Shown: piece after piece, positions 1 through 11,329 of the stretch
Layout: each line of letters begins with the position of its first letter
How positions within the stretch are numbered: the first letter of the stretch is position 1
Assembly (NCBI RefSeq): GCF_001194135.2
Contig: NC_069003.1
Location: 5,798,803 to 5,846,493 of the forward strand
Direction of reading: 5' to 3'
Length of the DNA: 47,691 nt
Source: Octopus bimaculoides
Taxonomy: Eukaryota
The notes under the pieces: model-generated
The model's input: only the letters and a program-made list of their open reading frames with translations
What the model was told of the DNA's origin: nothing
The model's database searches: none
Program-made: the position numbers and the translations under genes

Positions 1-102
1 TATATGTGTGTGTATATATATATATATATGTGTGTGTATATATATATATATATGTGTGTGTATATATATATATATATGTGTGTGTGTGTATATATATATA
101 TA

Positions 103-171
<69 letters not shown>

Positions 172-172
172 G
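1..172. repeat. Compound (TA)n/(TG)n microsatellite
   Basis: Alternating TATA and TGTG runs; the three overlapping ORFs (CVYIYI...) are artefacts. Confidence 0.97.
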
Positions 173-184
173 TGGTATGTACAT

Positions 185-340
185 GATGAACTTCTATACA
201 GTCTCCATCTTCTCGGTCTCAAGGCATTGGTCAGTCTGAGACTATAGTAGAAGACATTTACCCATGGTGCTGTACATTGGGTCTGAACCTGAAACCACAT
301 GATTGCTAGGTGAACTTCTTAACCACATACTTATGCTTGT
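185..340 (-). mobile_element. SINE family A, 5' (tRNA-like head) fragment
   Basis: Reverse complement matches the recurrent head TGTGGTTAAGAAG...GGTTCAG...GTCTTCTACTATAG seen at 27335, 38316 and 43819. Confidence 0.75.
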
Positions 341-1669
341 GTGTGCCTGAATTTTTTATTATTTTTTTATCCTGAAATATCACCCCCATCATACATATAG
401 TGATGATTCTATTTTGAAATCTCATATATTTGCATGGTTGTATCATGTCAAAATTTCCCACTCCTCTTTGATTACTGAAAAATTATGATATTGGAGTCGT
501 ATAAAACTCGGGCACGAGTAGGCTGGAGATAAGTGAAAATTCATGTTTACTTTGATGCCTGTATGAGCCTTCATTTATGTATGTACTCTGTTTATATAGT
601 GATTAGAATTTATTATTTTATATACACATACACACACATGCACACATGCTCATGCAGACACATGGGCAGTAGGCAAGTTGTTTTCTAAGAAAATAGATGT
701 TCATATAGATAATTAGTTTCCTCGTTAGATATAAAAATTACATGATATTTGATTAAGTATTCCTAAACCTTGGACCTTTGCAGTCAGATGTTTAGGTACT
801 TAATATGGAACTTATTTGTAATTTATATCTATCTTATCAACAACAGTGTTGTCAGTTATAGGCTTCCTTATCTCTACATTTATGATTGAGACAGTGACAA
901 GGGAATGTCTGTGCCTTATCGGCAGAAAAAAATACCACAAGGTATTTTCCTTGGGAGGAATACTGGCATTTTGGTTTTTTCTCAGTGATGTTTTGGTGGT
1001 AACCTTAATTCATCACCTTGGTGGACACCACTGCATAGCCTCCATGGCCCTTGGGTACTCCTTAGTGAAGTCTACCCTTCACCGTTGTATATCTGTCTCT
1101 CTTTCTCCCCTTCTTTCTCCTTTACTTTCTCATGTTGCTCACACATGACCATCGTCCATCTTTCTTTTCCTCGTGCTCATCTTTCTTTTTTTCCAGGGCT
1201 GTCCTAAAGACTGGACGTATCCTGTCTCTCTCCTCTATCTTTTCTCTTGTCAAAGAAAATATTTCTCCAGCATTCACTATTTTACCCTCATTCTTGTCTA
1301 ATGACCTTCCATGTTTCTTTCCATTCGTTTTCCTTGTATGTCTCTGTTCTGTTTTTGTTCCCAACCCTCCATAAATTCCAAATTTTATTTTGGTACTTAT
1401 AGGAGAAACTGTCTTTCAGCAAGGTTGACGTTACCTTTCATTTTTTTGAGGTTGATAAAATAAGCACCAGTGGAGCACTGGTATTTTTAGGTTGAAAAAT
1501 TCTTTACCATTATTTGGACTGTTTTATGCTAGATTTATTTTCCCCTTATTGATTTTAAGACCATCAATGCTCAGTTGTTATAAGGTCATTAATGTTATGG
1601 AATAAATTGTATTGTATACAAGACTAATTATTTCTTATATTTGTGATAGTAATTGGGATGATAAATTGG

Positions 1670-1826
1670 TATGGATGGGGTTAATAAGGGCGTCCAACCA
1701 TAAAAACCCTGCCAAAACAGACAGTGAAGCCTAGTGCAGTCTTCTGCCTAGCCAACTCCTGTCAAACCGTCTAACCCATGCCAGCTTGAAAAATGGACAT
1801 TAAATAACGATGATGATGATGATGAA
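1670..1826 (+). mobile_element. SINE family C 3' part with (GAT)n tail
   Basis: TAAGGGCGTCCAACC...CTCCTGTCAAACCGTCTAACCCATGCCAGC...GGACATTAAATAACGATGATGAT; the motif recurs many times in the window. Confidence 0.8.
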
Positions 1827-2143
1827 GTAGGAGGGTAGTTAATGTAGGAAAAACATTAAGAAACCTGTGTCGAAAACCCTTGAAGGCATTGCTCCAGTAT
1901 GGCTGCAATCAAATGATGAAAACCTATAAATGAATAAAAGAATGATTACATGTGTTTGCTACACCTGTATCATTATCATCTGCTTGAGATATAAGAGAGT
2001 AATGTTGATTATCTGTGTAAATTACTATAAATAGAAGAACAGGTAGAAAGGTTTGCGTTGTTATCAGAGAGCAAAAATGTCTGTGTTGTTAGTAATAATA
2101 GGCTAAATACAAACACGGAAATGTTCTTCTTCTTTTCCTTCAG

Positions 2144-2173
2144 CCGATACACCCAAATTATTTATCCTTGTAT
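2144..2173 (+). CDS. Candidate micro-exon (26 or 30 nt), unverified
   Basis: Polypyrimidine acceptor TTCTTCTTCTTTTCCTTCAG ends at 2143; possible donors are GTATGT (2170) or GTGGGT (2174). Too short to validate. Confidence 0.15.
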
Positions 2174-2239
2174 GTGGGTGGGTCTTCTTTAACCTTTTCA
2201 CTACCAACTCATCTGAGAGTAACTCTGTTTTGAAGTATT

Positions 2240-2485
2240 CATCATCATCATCATCATGTCCATTTTTTTCCATTCTTGTATGAGTCAGACAGAGCTTATT
2301 GAGGCTGATTTTCTACAGTTGGATGCTCTTCCTGTCGCTAACCCTCATCTGTTTCCCGGCAAGGTAATATTTCCCCCTGGCCGGACATATTTTCACAATA
2401 TTAGAAATGAATGACACTGCTTGTATGACAGTGACACTCGTTTACAACTGTCGAGTGATGTCGAGACAAAGATGCAAACATATAA
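2240..2485 (-). mobile_element. SINE family C variant (C')
   Basis: (CAT)n, then TTTTCC...GGATGCTCTTCCTGTCGCTAACC...TTTACAACTGTC; reverse complement of the element at 35640-35860. Confidence 0.7.
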
Positions 2486-2529
2486 ACACCCATACATATA
2501 TCCATACACATACAACAAGCTTCCATGTT

Positions 2530-2795
2530 CAATATTTATTCTATCAATATCTTTTGCCCAGGCACTAAGTTATGATGTTGTAAACAAACCAACACTGGTT
2601 GTCATGTTTTGTGTGGGATAAGCACAAGACAAGACACACACACTTATAAATGTGTATCTATACGTGTGTGTGTGTGTGATGAGCTTCCATGCAGTTTTCC
2701 TCTACCAAAATTCACTCATATGCCATTGGTCATCCGAGGGCGATAGTTGAAGTCAATTGCCCCAGGTGGTGTACAGTATGACTGACCCTGAAAGC
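2530..2795 (-). mobile_element. SINE family A, decayed
   Basis: GTAAACAAACCAACACTGGTTGTC, (TG)n and CTACCAAAATTCACTCA motifs shared with other family A copies. Confidence 0.7.
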
Positions 2796-3483
2796 ACTTG
2801 TGCCTGGGCCTGCAGAGAGAGAGAGAGATACTAAGGGGATTTGAACTCCTGACCACATACTCTCAAAACCAACCCTGTATGAGTTGACAAAGCATGGGAT
2901 GAAATGTTTTGTCTTGTTTGTTCCGGTTCACTGTGCTCCAAGTTCAAATCCTACCCAGGGTAAACTCTGGTTTCAGCTGTCATAGCTGTCTCTCTGGTGG
3001 CTTCTGTTGTTTGGGTTCTAAACCAATCTTTTGCAAGAAATAGCACACCAATCTTGCTGGAAAACTGCACCATTCAGTTCAATAGGGGGGGGGTGAGGCT
3101 GCGTGCCATCCTTTGACAAGAACCTCATCAAGCAAATCCTGGTCTTTGGCTTTCTTCTGTTGGTGGGAAATGTCAAATCTGTTCTCCCGGGGCATTCTGA
3201 GTTCAGCCACGATAAATGTTTTTGTGCTCCTTGATATCATAAACATATTTTCTGCCACAACACATCAACACAAGATAAATTGACCTTTAACAGAAAAAGA
3301 AACAAAGAAAACGAAGAGAAAATCTGTTTTGCTTCAGTTTTGTCTATTTCTTACATTATGTAGCATTGACCTCTAGCCTCTCACTCTCTTCTCTCCCCCC
3401 TCTCTCTCTCTCTTGTTGCTTCTTTTCTCCTATCTCTGCTATTGCTAACACTCTTCTATTATATCTCGTATAAATGACTCCCA

Positions 3484-3522
<39 letters not shown>

Positions 3523-3674
3523 CATCTTTCCAGCCAAGGAGTGAATTACTAAATCAGTTCATCTGAACCATTTGTAGTTCAGTGCCCCCACTTTTACCAG
3601 ATGATGTTTTGCAAATACCCCCTCACTGACCTCCTCATGTGGTTGCTGGGATATTCCCCTGAAGAGTTTAGTAA

Positions 3675-3990
3675 GGAAAAAATTGTCCCCAGTCTTTATT
3701 CTTTTTATGTCTAATACTTACTTATTCTGTCAGTCTCTTTTGCTGACCTGCTAAGTTATTAGTATGTAAAGAACACCAGTTGTGAAACAGTAATGAGTGG
3801 CAAACACGGGCACAAAGACCCACACACAATGGGCTTCAACACAGTTTTTATCAACAAAATTCACACACAAAGCATATCGTCAACCCACGGCTATAGTAGA
3901 AGACCCTTGCCCAAAGTACTGTGCAGTGGGACTGAACTTGAAACCATGTGGTTACAAAGCAAACTTTCAAACCCGACAGCCATTGCTGCA
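3675..3990 (-). mobile_element. SINE family A
   Basis: CTTATTCTGTCAGTCTCTTTTGCTGACCTGCTAAGTT...GGCTATAGTAGAAGACCCTTGCCCAAAG...GGGACTGAAC. Confidence 0.8.
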
Positions 3991-4689
3991 CTTAAATTTT
4001 AATGAAGTTGTGTTTAAAATATAAATATTGTACCTGGTTTGAATATTTCATTTCTAAGAAAATCCACCATTCCTCTAAACGCCCTACACCCACTGGGTAG
4101 TTCTGTGTGCTCTCAATACCACATGGGGTGTTACTACCCAAGTCAAAAACCCCTGTTGCTTGACCCACTAGAAATAGCAACCAAATAGCCATCGTGACAC
4201 TCTGCTAGTAAATTTTTTTTTCAATGTATCCATGATGTGTTATATCTGGATAAAAGATGGGATGGTCATGACTGGAATGTCTTTGATTATATGTCAACTA
4301 TATCAAGATTGTTGTATTATTTCTTTTTCCCATCCTGGTTTAGGTTGGATGACTACATCTCTTTGTATGTGTAGCTATGGTATAGCTGGATGGTGGTGAT
4401 GGGGTGGGGGGTCAGTCTACCTTAGGCAACTCTTCTAGGGTGGAGGTGGCTCACCTTGGGCAATGTTTTTATGAGGGTGGCACACACTCTAGCTGTGCCA
4501 CTGATGTCTAGAACTATACCATGACATGTGTCCTTTCATTTTTAAAACAGTAGGGTATCATTTGAGGGTGATTTGGCTGTCATTTTTTGCAGGTCAATCA
4601 ACAGTGTAGAGGCCCTCTCTCATTGTCTTGTTCATTTATTGATGATATTAAGCTGATGTTTGGAACATAACTGGAGCAAAGTTTACTAC

Positions 4690-5165
4690 ATAAGAATCAT
4701 GATTAGCCTTTTGGTGTTCAGATTACTCTGTCGAGTGTAATGTATAAGTGTTTTGAATTAAACATGCATTATGTTGTAGCTTCAAGATTTCAATGATGTC
4801 AATGTTTATTTTCAGAATGACAGTTTATTCACATTGTCCCAGTCTGTTCAGCTGGCAAAAATGAGTTTCACCTGGATTTCAAAGGGGCCAGCCTTGCCAC
4901 ATTCAGTGCGTGACGTTGAATCTCTCTTAGAATTATGTTAACTGCGCATGTGTTTGTGGAGATCTCAGCCATTTGTGCATTAATTTCATGAGCAGGTTGA
5001 TCCATTGATCAGATCAACTGGAACCCTCATCATCGTAACCAGTGGATTGCTTATGTAAGAATGACATTGTAGGACAGGTATGAGAGGCTGGCTCTAGTTG
5101 GTTTGAATGTAAACAGATAGAATATTTTGGGCCAGATATGGCCGGTTTAAATGCCAGAGTTAAGT
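4690..5165. mobile_element. MITE-like interspersed repeat (family F), interrupted
   Basis: AGAATGACATTGTAGGACAGGTATGAGAGGCTGG...AGAATATTTTGGGCCAGATATGGCCGGTTTAAATGC shared with 26110-26330. Confidence 0.45.
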
Positions 5166-6660
5166 AGTTATCAAAAAACCAGAGGCATTTTCACGTGGGT
5201 TGGATTGATATCAGAAGGGTTAATTAGCAGACGTTACAGTTTTAATTTTTTAAGTTCCGTATACAGTTCTCATTTCCCGTATTTCCTGTTTGCACATTTA
5301 ATGTTAATTATTTCTGTTTGAGTGTGTGCTTGCAATGCTGTAGTAATACTTTTCGTACATCTCTCAAATAGCTTACCTCTCACTAAGTCAATCCGTTTCT
5401 TTCTCCTTCATCACATACTAATGATAGACATTACTGGAACCAATTTTGGATTGATGACTAGAAGAACTGGAGCACTAACAGAACTTAAATCATGTATTTC
5501 TTCCCCCCCCCCTCTCTCTCTCTAATTCTTTCTTACAGCTTCTAATCTCATTTGCATTAAAATCTTTACCGTTAATTCCTAATCACATACTAATATTTCT
5601 ACCGTTGTCCATATTATAACATATCAAAAGTGCGGAAATAATCACAAAAATACAAAACAAAACAAACATAAAAAAGCCCACAAACCGTTTTGCAAAAACA
5701 AAAATAAAAGGTAAAACAGAGAATGGAACAGGAAACTGAAGCTGTTAAGAATGTCTGTGGCGTCTTGCATCTTAATTCCATGAATTCTGCATTTGGCTTT
5801 AATAATCTATTTCTTTAATTAATGTAACTTGAAACATAAGCTGTTGCAGAAGTGTCACTGTCCTACAAAATGTCTTATGCAGTTTAACTACCATCTGTTA
5901 ACATGTACTCTAAGATCAAATGAAGAATCCTGTAAGTGGCTGCATGGACTTCTAGAAATAGCTACCACATCTTCCTCAAATTACACTCTACTGACTTGGA
6001 ATGAGAGAAATGTGTTGGATAATGCAGAATGAGGCGATTGGGTTCAGCTGTTTGGATGGTGATGATTTGGCACAGCTGATGGGTTTGGCAATAGTACTTT
6101 TTGGCACTGGAGCAAACACATGCACAGAAATATACACATGGAGGTAGAGCAGGAAAGGGAGAGAGAGAGAGAGAGAGAGAAAGTGAGACATTGCAGTTTA
6201 TTAATTGAACACAATTGACATAAACACTTTGTCTCTATTCATACACATAATGAGAAATATGCTCACACGCATAAACCGAGAGGGGGGAGAGAGACATTAC
6301 ACATACAAACACGACCGGATGCTCACACGCATAAACAGAAAAAGAGAGGGAGAGAATGAGGGAAACATTAAAACGTCTGATGTCAAATAAGTCAGGCTCA
6401 AATAAACGATGCCAAAGAAGCTGTGCCAAAACGGCTCATACCCAGATGATACCTCCTAGATATGCAATGACTAAGAGAAGGATGGGCATTGTCATAACTG
6501 GAATACTTTTGATTGTCCGGCTGCTCAGTCAGGGCTGACCTTGCATAAAACAACATTCTTATTTCTACCAGGTTAAAGAAAATGTTCATCGTCTTCCAAA
6601 AGAAAGATAAGTTTCAACTTATTTAACCCTGAAACAGTTCTAGCTTTCTACACTGACCAG

Positions 6661-6707
6661 TGGACTCTATCACATGTCTACTTAGTGAGTTTCTTGTTAC
6701 TACTCTA
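6661..6707 (+). CDS. Candidate small exon, unverified
   Basis: Acceptor CTTTCTACACTGACCAG ends at 6660 and donor GTGAGT starts at 6708. One frame is open (xDSITCLLSEFLVTTL) and ends in phase 0, compatible with the 7101 exon. Alternative boundaries exist (6685, 6709-6790). Confidence 0.15.
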
Positions 6708-7100
6708 GTGAGTACAGTGAAGGCTACGCTTTGTTGAAGAGGTCAAAAGAAAGACTGAAACATGTCTGGAGTTTTCTTCCATTTTTCTTGGTAACAGGGA
6801 AATGGTAATAGTCATTGATCACATAAACATCTGTATTTTGCCTTTCTTCAAGGTGGTAGTTTTTGATTTGAGAGAGATCTAATTGCTGTTTCTAACAGGT
6901 TGAACAACCACATACAGACTTCTTCATTAACTCATGTCTTTATTAATTATTTCAAGTAGGCAAATTTGCTCTGTTTCAGATCTTAATTTGTTTAGCTGAT
7001 GAGAAAATTTGAAAATCTTTTCCTTCATGTCACTAAAAAAAAAGGTTGAGTTAACCTTGTTGAAAATATGTTATTAATATATTGTTGTTTTCCATTGTAG

Positions 7101-7228
7101 AGCCTGGATTCTGGTGGACCTGTTAGTAGGAAACAATGGCACCAATTAAAGCATGTCTATGACAGTTCAATGAAACATATTTATGACAGTATCGAATTGG
7201 TACCATCAAGTGTAGCAGAGGCCAGTAG
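7101..7228 (+). CDS. Probable internal coding exon of an unidentified gene
   Basis: Acceptor TTGTTGTTTTCCATTGTAG and consensus donor TAG|GTAAGT. Only one frame is open (SLDSGGPVSRKQWHQLKHVYDSSMKHIYDSIELVPSSVAEAS). An internal 24-nt duplication differs by synonymous or conservative changes (LKHVYDSS/MKHIYDSI). Confidence 0.55.
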
Positions 7229-7299
7229 GTAAGTGAATGTTCCATTGTTGTTTCAGATAGTTCCACCTTTATAGGTCTTCTTTATCTTTCATCTTTCAG

Positions 7300-7322
7300 A
7301 AATCGCTGAACTATTTCCAGAG
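7300..7322 (+). CDS. Candidate 23-nt micro-exon
   Basis: Strong acceptor TCTTCTTTATCTTTCATCTTTCAG and donor GAG|GTCAGT. Reads KIAELFPE if joined from the 7225 donor and RNR-stop if joined from the 7229 donor. Confidence 0.3.
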
Positions 7323-7489
7323 GTCAGTATAATAGACTCTTAGTAACATTGGTCGAGTATCAGAGAAAATATTGTGCTGCATTCCATTGCATTTTTTTGC
7401 ATCCTAAGCTCAAACTTTGTGAATGCCAGCTTCACTTTTTATCTTCTGTGGCCAGTAAAATAAAGTATTAATCAAGTACTGGAATGTAG

Positions 7490-7691
7490 TGGCCTCATTA
7501 GTCCTGGGGCCATGTAAAAGCACCCAGTCCACCCTGTAGAGTGGTTGGCGTTAGGAAGAGCATCCAGCTTTAAAAACCATACTAGAGCTGAAAGTGGAGC
7601 TTCGTGCAGTCCCCAGGCTTGCCAGTTCCTATCAAACCATCCAACTCATGCCAGCATTGAAGATAGACATCAGATGATGATGATGATGTAT

Positions 7692-7770
<79 letters not shown>
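7490..7770 (+). mobile_element. SINE family C followed by (GAT)n tail and (CA)n microsatellite
   Basis: GTAAAAGCACCCAGTCCACCCTGTAGAGTGGTTGGCGTTAGGAAGAGCATCCAGC...CATGCCAGCATTGAAG; (CA)n at about 7694-7770. Confidence 0.8.
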
Positions 7771-7773
<3 letters not shown>

Positions 7774-8269
7774 TATACTGTGCCCATTCCCTCTGATCTT
7801 GTCTCCATGATAAAAACCATTATAGTTGATTGAAACCTTTCAAGGTGGTGCTCTAGCCTGACCAGAGTCTAATGTCTAAAACAAGTTATAAACCGTAAAA
7901 GACAGAAAAGTCGGTAATGGTTTCTTGATTTTCTGGCTGTCCTCAAGTTCTTTAATGTACTCAATATGTTTGTTAAAGTGTAACTCCTCTAACACAATAA
8001 CTGCAATGGTTCAGTTAGTAACAAATGATTTAGTAAGTGTTATTGAGTTAAATCAATTCATTATTCATGGTCGGGGTCCAATTCACCAATCAAAGAGAGA
8101 TTTTGTAACTTTTATGAAGATACTAACCCACCTGAAACCACTTCTGGTTCTCCAAGCAAGAAAATGAAGAGTAATTTTCTCATTCTAACATCTTCATATT
8201 TATATGAAACCTCTCCTCGTCTATCATAATCATATACAATAATAATAATAATAATAATAATAATCATTA

Positions 8270-8470
8270 TCCTCATTTGATGTCTGAGTTCTATGCTGGC
8301 ATGGATTGGACAGTTTGATGGGATCTGACTGGCCAGAGGCCTGCGTGAGGCTCCCATGTCTGCGCTGGCAAGATTTCTATGGCTGGATGCTCCTTCTGGC
8401 ACCTACCACTTAACAGAATGTACTGGGTGCTTTTATCATGCTACCAGCATGAATGAGACCCCCAAGTAAG
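8270..8470 (-). mobile_element. SINE family C
   Basis: ATGCTGGCATGGATTGGACAGTTTGA...TATGGCTGGATGCTCCTTC...GTACTGGGTGCTTTT. Confidence 0.75.
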
Positions 8471-8658
8471 TTGCAGGACCAGACCTCCACCCTTAAGATA
8501 GTGGGGATGCAGAATTGAGGGAGGTAACAAATTTCTTTGCGGTAGAAAAGGGACAAATGATTGTAGAAATGAGGTGTCAGGGCATAACTTCAAGGTGCAA
8601 GAAGGTCTCTAGTTAATCATGTTCCTTATACCAGTTTTATATTTATTACCAGTGTAAA

Positions 8659-8862
8659 GCAGCAAGCTGGCAGAAATATAAGCATGCTGGGTAAAAATGC
8701 TTAGTGGCATTTCATCCATCTTTACTCTCTGAGTTCAAATTCCACCGAGGGCAGCTTTGCCTTTCATCCTTTTGGGGGTTGATAAAATAAGTACCTGTTG
8801 AGCTATGGGGTCAATGTAATCAACTTGTCCTGTACCCTGAAATTGCTGGCCTTGTGCCAAAC
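8659..8862 (+). mobile_element. SINE family B, full length
   Basis: GCAAGCTGGCAGAA...GAGTTCAAATTCC (B-box-like)...TTTGCCTTTCATCCTTTTGGGGGTTGATAAAATAAGTACC...CCTTGTGCC. Confidence 0.85.
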
Positions 8863-8893
8863 CTTAAAAACAAAATAATTCTTTTCTACTATA

Positions 8894-9080
8894 GGCACAA
8901 TGCCTGAAATTTGGGGGAAATGGATAGTCAATTACATTAACCCCAGTGTTCAACTGGTACTTATTTTATCGACCCTGAAAGGGTGAAAGGCAAAGTCGAC
9001 CCCAACAGCATTTGAACGCAGAATGTAAAGACACAAAATACCCCATCAGCATTTCTCCTGGCATGCTAATGATTCCACCC
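8894..9080 (-). mobile_element. SINE family B, inverted relative to 8659-8862
   Basis: GGCACAATGCCTGAAATTT...GGTACTTATTTTATCGACCCTGAAAGGGTGAAAGGCAAAGTCGAC...GCATGCTAATGATTC. Confidence 0.85.
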
Positions 9081-9094
9081 ATTACGTCTCTTAC

Positions 9095-9620
9095 TCATTG
9101 TCATCACATATCATCCACTCTCAAAAGATTGACTATCAGGGATCACCAACTCGGTCTTTCTTGTACTGCCTTTTTTTATTCAAAGTTTGTCCAATTCTTG
9201 ATATCACTCATCCATATAATTTTTGATTTCTTTTCTCTTCTCTTTTCCACATTTATTTTGCTTTCTATGAACAGTCTCTGTAAACCATGTTTTTTTTGTT
9301 TTTTTTACTAATTAAATGTCTGAAATAGTTCAGTTTTCTCTCTTTGTTGGTATCTAATAAAATGTTCTTAGTTTTTTGGTATTCTCAGTACTTCATCATT
9401 GATTTTTGTATTCTGTCCATAATATTCTTAAATGTCTTCTGTATGTCCACATCTCAAAGACCTGTAATCTATACGATAGTACTTTTGTTAATGTCAATGT
9501 TTTAGATCTATGTAGTACAGTAGACCATACATAATACTTTAATAACCTTTTTGTTCTTTTTGTGATATTAATGATTTTTGATGTTAGTACAGTTTAATAC
9601 CAGCATCAAATGTTTTTATT
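9095..9620 (-). mobile_element. Decayed RTE-clade LINE, ORF2 C-terminal fragment
   Basis: Minus-strand translation with frameshifts: KRLLKYYVWSTVLHRSKTLTL...RLQVFEMWTYRRHLRILWTE...NDEVLR...KERKLNYFRHL...LQRLFIESKIN...WMSDIKNWT. This matches the typical RTE post-RT region (YxWSTxLY...FEMWxYRRxLRIxW). Confidence 0.8.
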
Positions 9621-10090
9621 TAAATCTCTCCTTTACCATTTTCAAATTAATTGCAACATGGACAAAGTATTTCATTGGAAATATGGTGATGAGAAAGTTA
9701 ACATGAGGGACGTGAGAGTGTTTTGGTAATGAGACAATTCACACTTCAACTCTTTCAATGCCAACCCACTTCAGACCAACCATACTGAAGTGTTTATGTT
9801 CAAAATTAAAACTGTTCTCATTAAAATTGATTTCAGTTAGTCAATAGCAGTATATTTATTCATAACAACTCTGAATTGGTGCTGTTGTTGTTGTTGTTGC
9901 TGACTGTCAGCCTTACATTATTAAGGAAGTCTTGTTACTTTTCATAATTTGTTTGCAATTTCTATGGGAAAATGTAATCTTCCAAACTCTGGAAATTACA
10001 AGGGGAGTTGAACTAACCTGTACTTCTTGCTGCTGAAGGCCCTCTGATTTCACCAGGGCAACTATTTTTATAACAAGTCTAAATATATCT

Positions 10091-10218
10091 TTTATCTTTT
10101 ACTTGTTTCAGTCTTTAGACTGTGGCCATACTGGGGTAGTGCCTTGAAGAATTTTAGTCAAACAAATCAATTCCAGTAGTTTTTTTTGAAGCCCCGGTAC
10201 TTATTCTATCGGTCTTTT
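10091..10218 (-). mobile_element. SINE family A, 3' end
   Basis: ATCTTTTACTTGTTTCAGTC...GACTGTGGCCATACTGG...GGTACTTATTCTATCGGTCTTTTTG. Confidence 0.8.
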
Positions 10219-10415
10219 TGTGTTTGTCCCCACACCACTGCTTGTCATCTGGTGTTGGTGTGTTTACATCCCTGTGACTTAGCAGTTCAGCAAAAACAGA
10301 CCAATAAAACAAGTACCAGGCTTTAAAAAGAGAAAAATAATGGCATCGATTCATTCAACTACTGTTCTTCAGAGCAGCGCTCCAGCATGGTCACAGTCTA
10401 ATAAAAGATAAAAGA
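10219..10415 (+). mobile_element. SINE family A, 3' half
   Basis: TGTTTGTCCCCACACCACTGCTTG...GACTTAGCAGTTCAGCAAAA...GCGCTCCAGCATGGTCACAGTC. Confidence 0.8.
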
Positions 10416-10434
10416 TAGAATATTCAGTAACTCA

Positions 10435-10820
10435 TCTTCTACTTTTTACTTGTTTCAGTCATTGGACTGTGGTCATGCTGGGGCATTGCCTCAAAAGGGT
10501 TAGTTTAAAAATAAACCCAATGCCAGTACTTATTGTTTTTAAAAGTCTGCTACTTATTTTATTGATCCCTTTTGCTGAGCTGCTTCATTACAAGAATATA
10601 AACAAACCAACACTGGTTGTCAAGCAGTGGTGGGGAACAAGCACACACACACCCACACACAATGGGCTTCCCCACAGTTTCCATCTACCAGATTCACTCA
10701 TAAGGCATTAGTTGGCCTGTAGAGGATACTTGCTCTAAGTACTGTGCAGAGAGATTGAACCTGCAAACACTTGGTTGCAAAGTGAGCTTCTCAACCACAC
10801 AGCCATGCCTGCACCCATGT
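10435..10820 (-). mobile_element. SINE family A, near full length
   Basis: TTTTACTTGTTTCAGTCATTGGACTGTGG...CCATCTACCAGATTCACTCA...AACCACACAGCCATGCCTGCACC. Confidence 0.85.
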
Positions 10821-11329
10821 CATCTTAATTTAATTAAAATTTTAACAAGAATTTTGCACCTCATTATTAATTTTTTTTTTTTTTTTAAATGTTCCAAATA
10901 TTAGAATAGGTGAAATTTCTTGCTGGAGGTTACTTCATATTTCCATTCCTTTAAAATGATTTCAAAGTGCATAGTTGGAAAATTACTTTTCACTAAAATT
11001 CTCTCTTTCATGCACATTGTTGATGTTGTTGTTGCAGCTGCTGCTGTTATTTTTCAGCCCTAATTAAGCCCTGATTGGACAGATTTTTGATCAAAGATAT
11101 TCACTTCATCTTAATTTTAAAAATGATTTACATGGATTACACTAACCGATGTGCGTGTGTCTGTTTTTAATACAGTAAGGTATGAGTTTGAAAGAGATTT
11201 AGCTGCTATTTCTAGCAGATTGAGTGACCACATAGAGGCTCTTTCATTGGCTCATCTCATACATAGGTTATAATTGTGTGTGTGTATGTGTATGTAAATA
11301 TATGTGTGTATGCATATACATATATACAT

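Noticed and set aside
846-1374. ORFs of 80-100 aa (hydrophobic on plus, K/E/R-rich on minus)
   Set aside because: Explained by a CT-rich tract; no convincing splice signals or domain.
2990-3290. Possible Tc1-like remnant (minus: DLLDEVL...GAVFQQD...AKDWFR) or exon after a strong minus acceptor at about 3284
   Set aside because: Needs several frameshifts and only FQQD matches; all frames after the acceptor hit stops.
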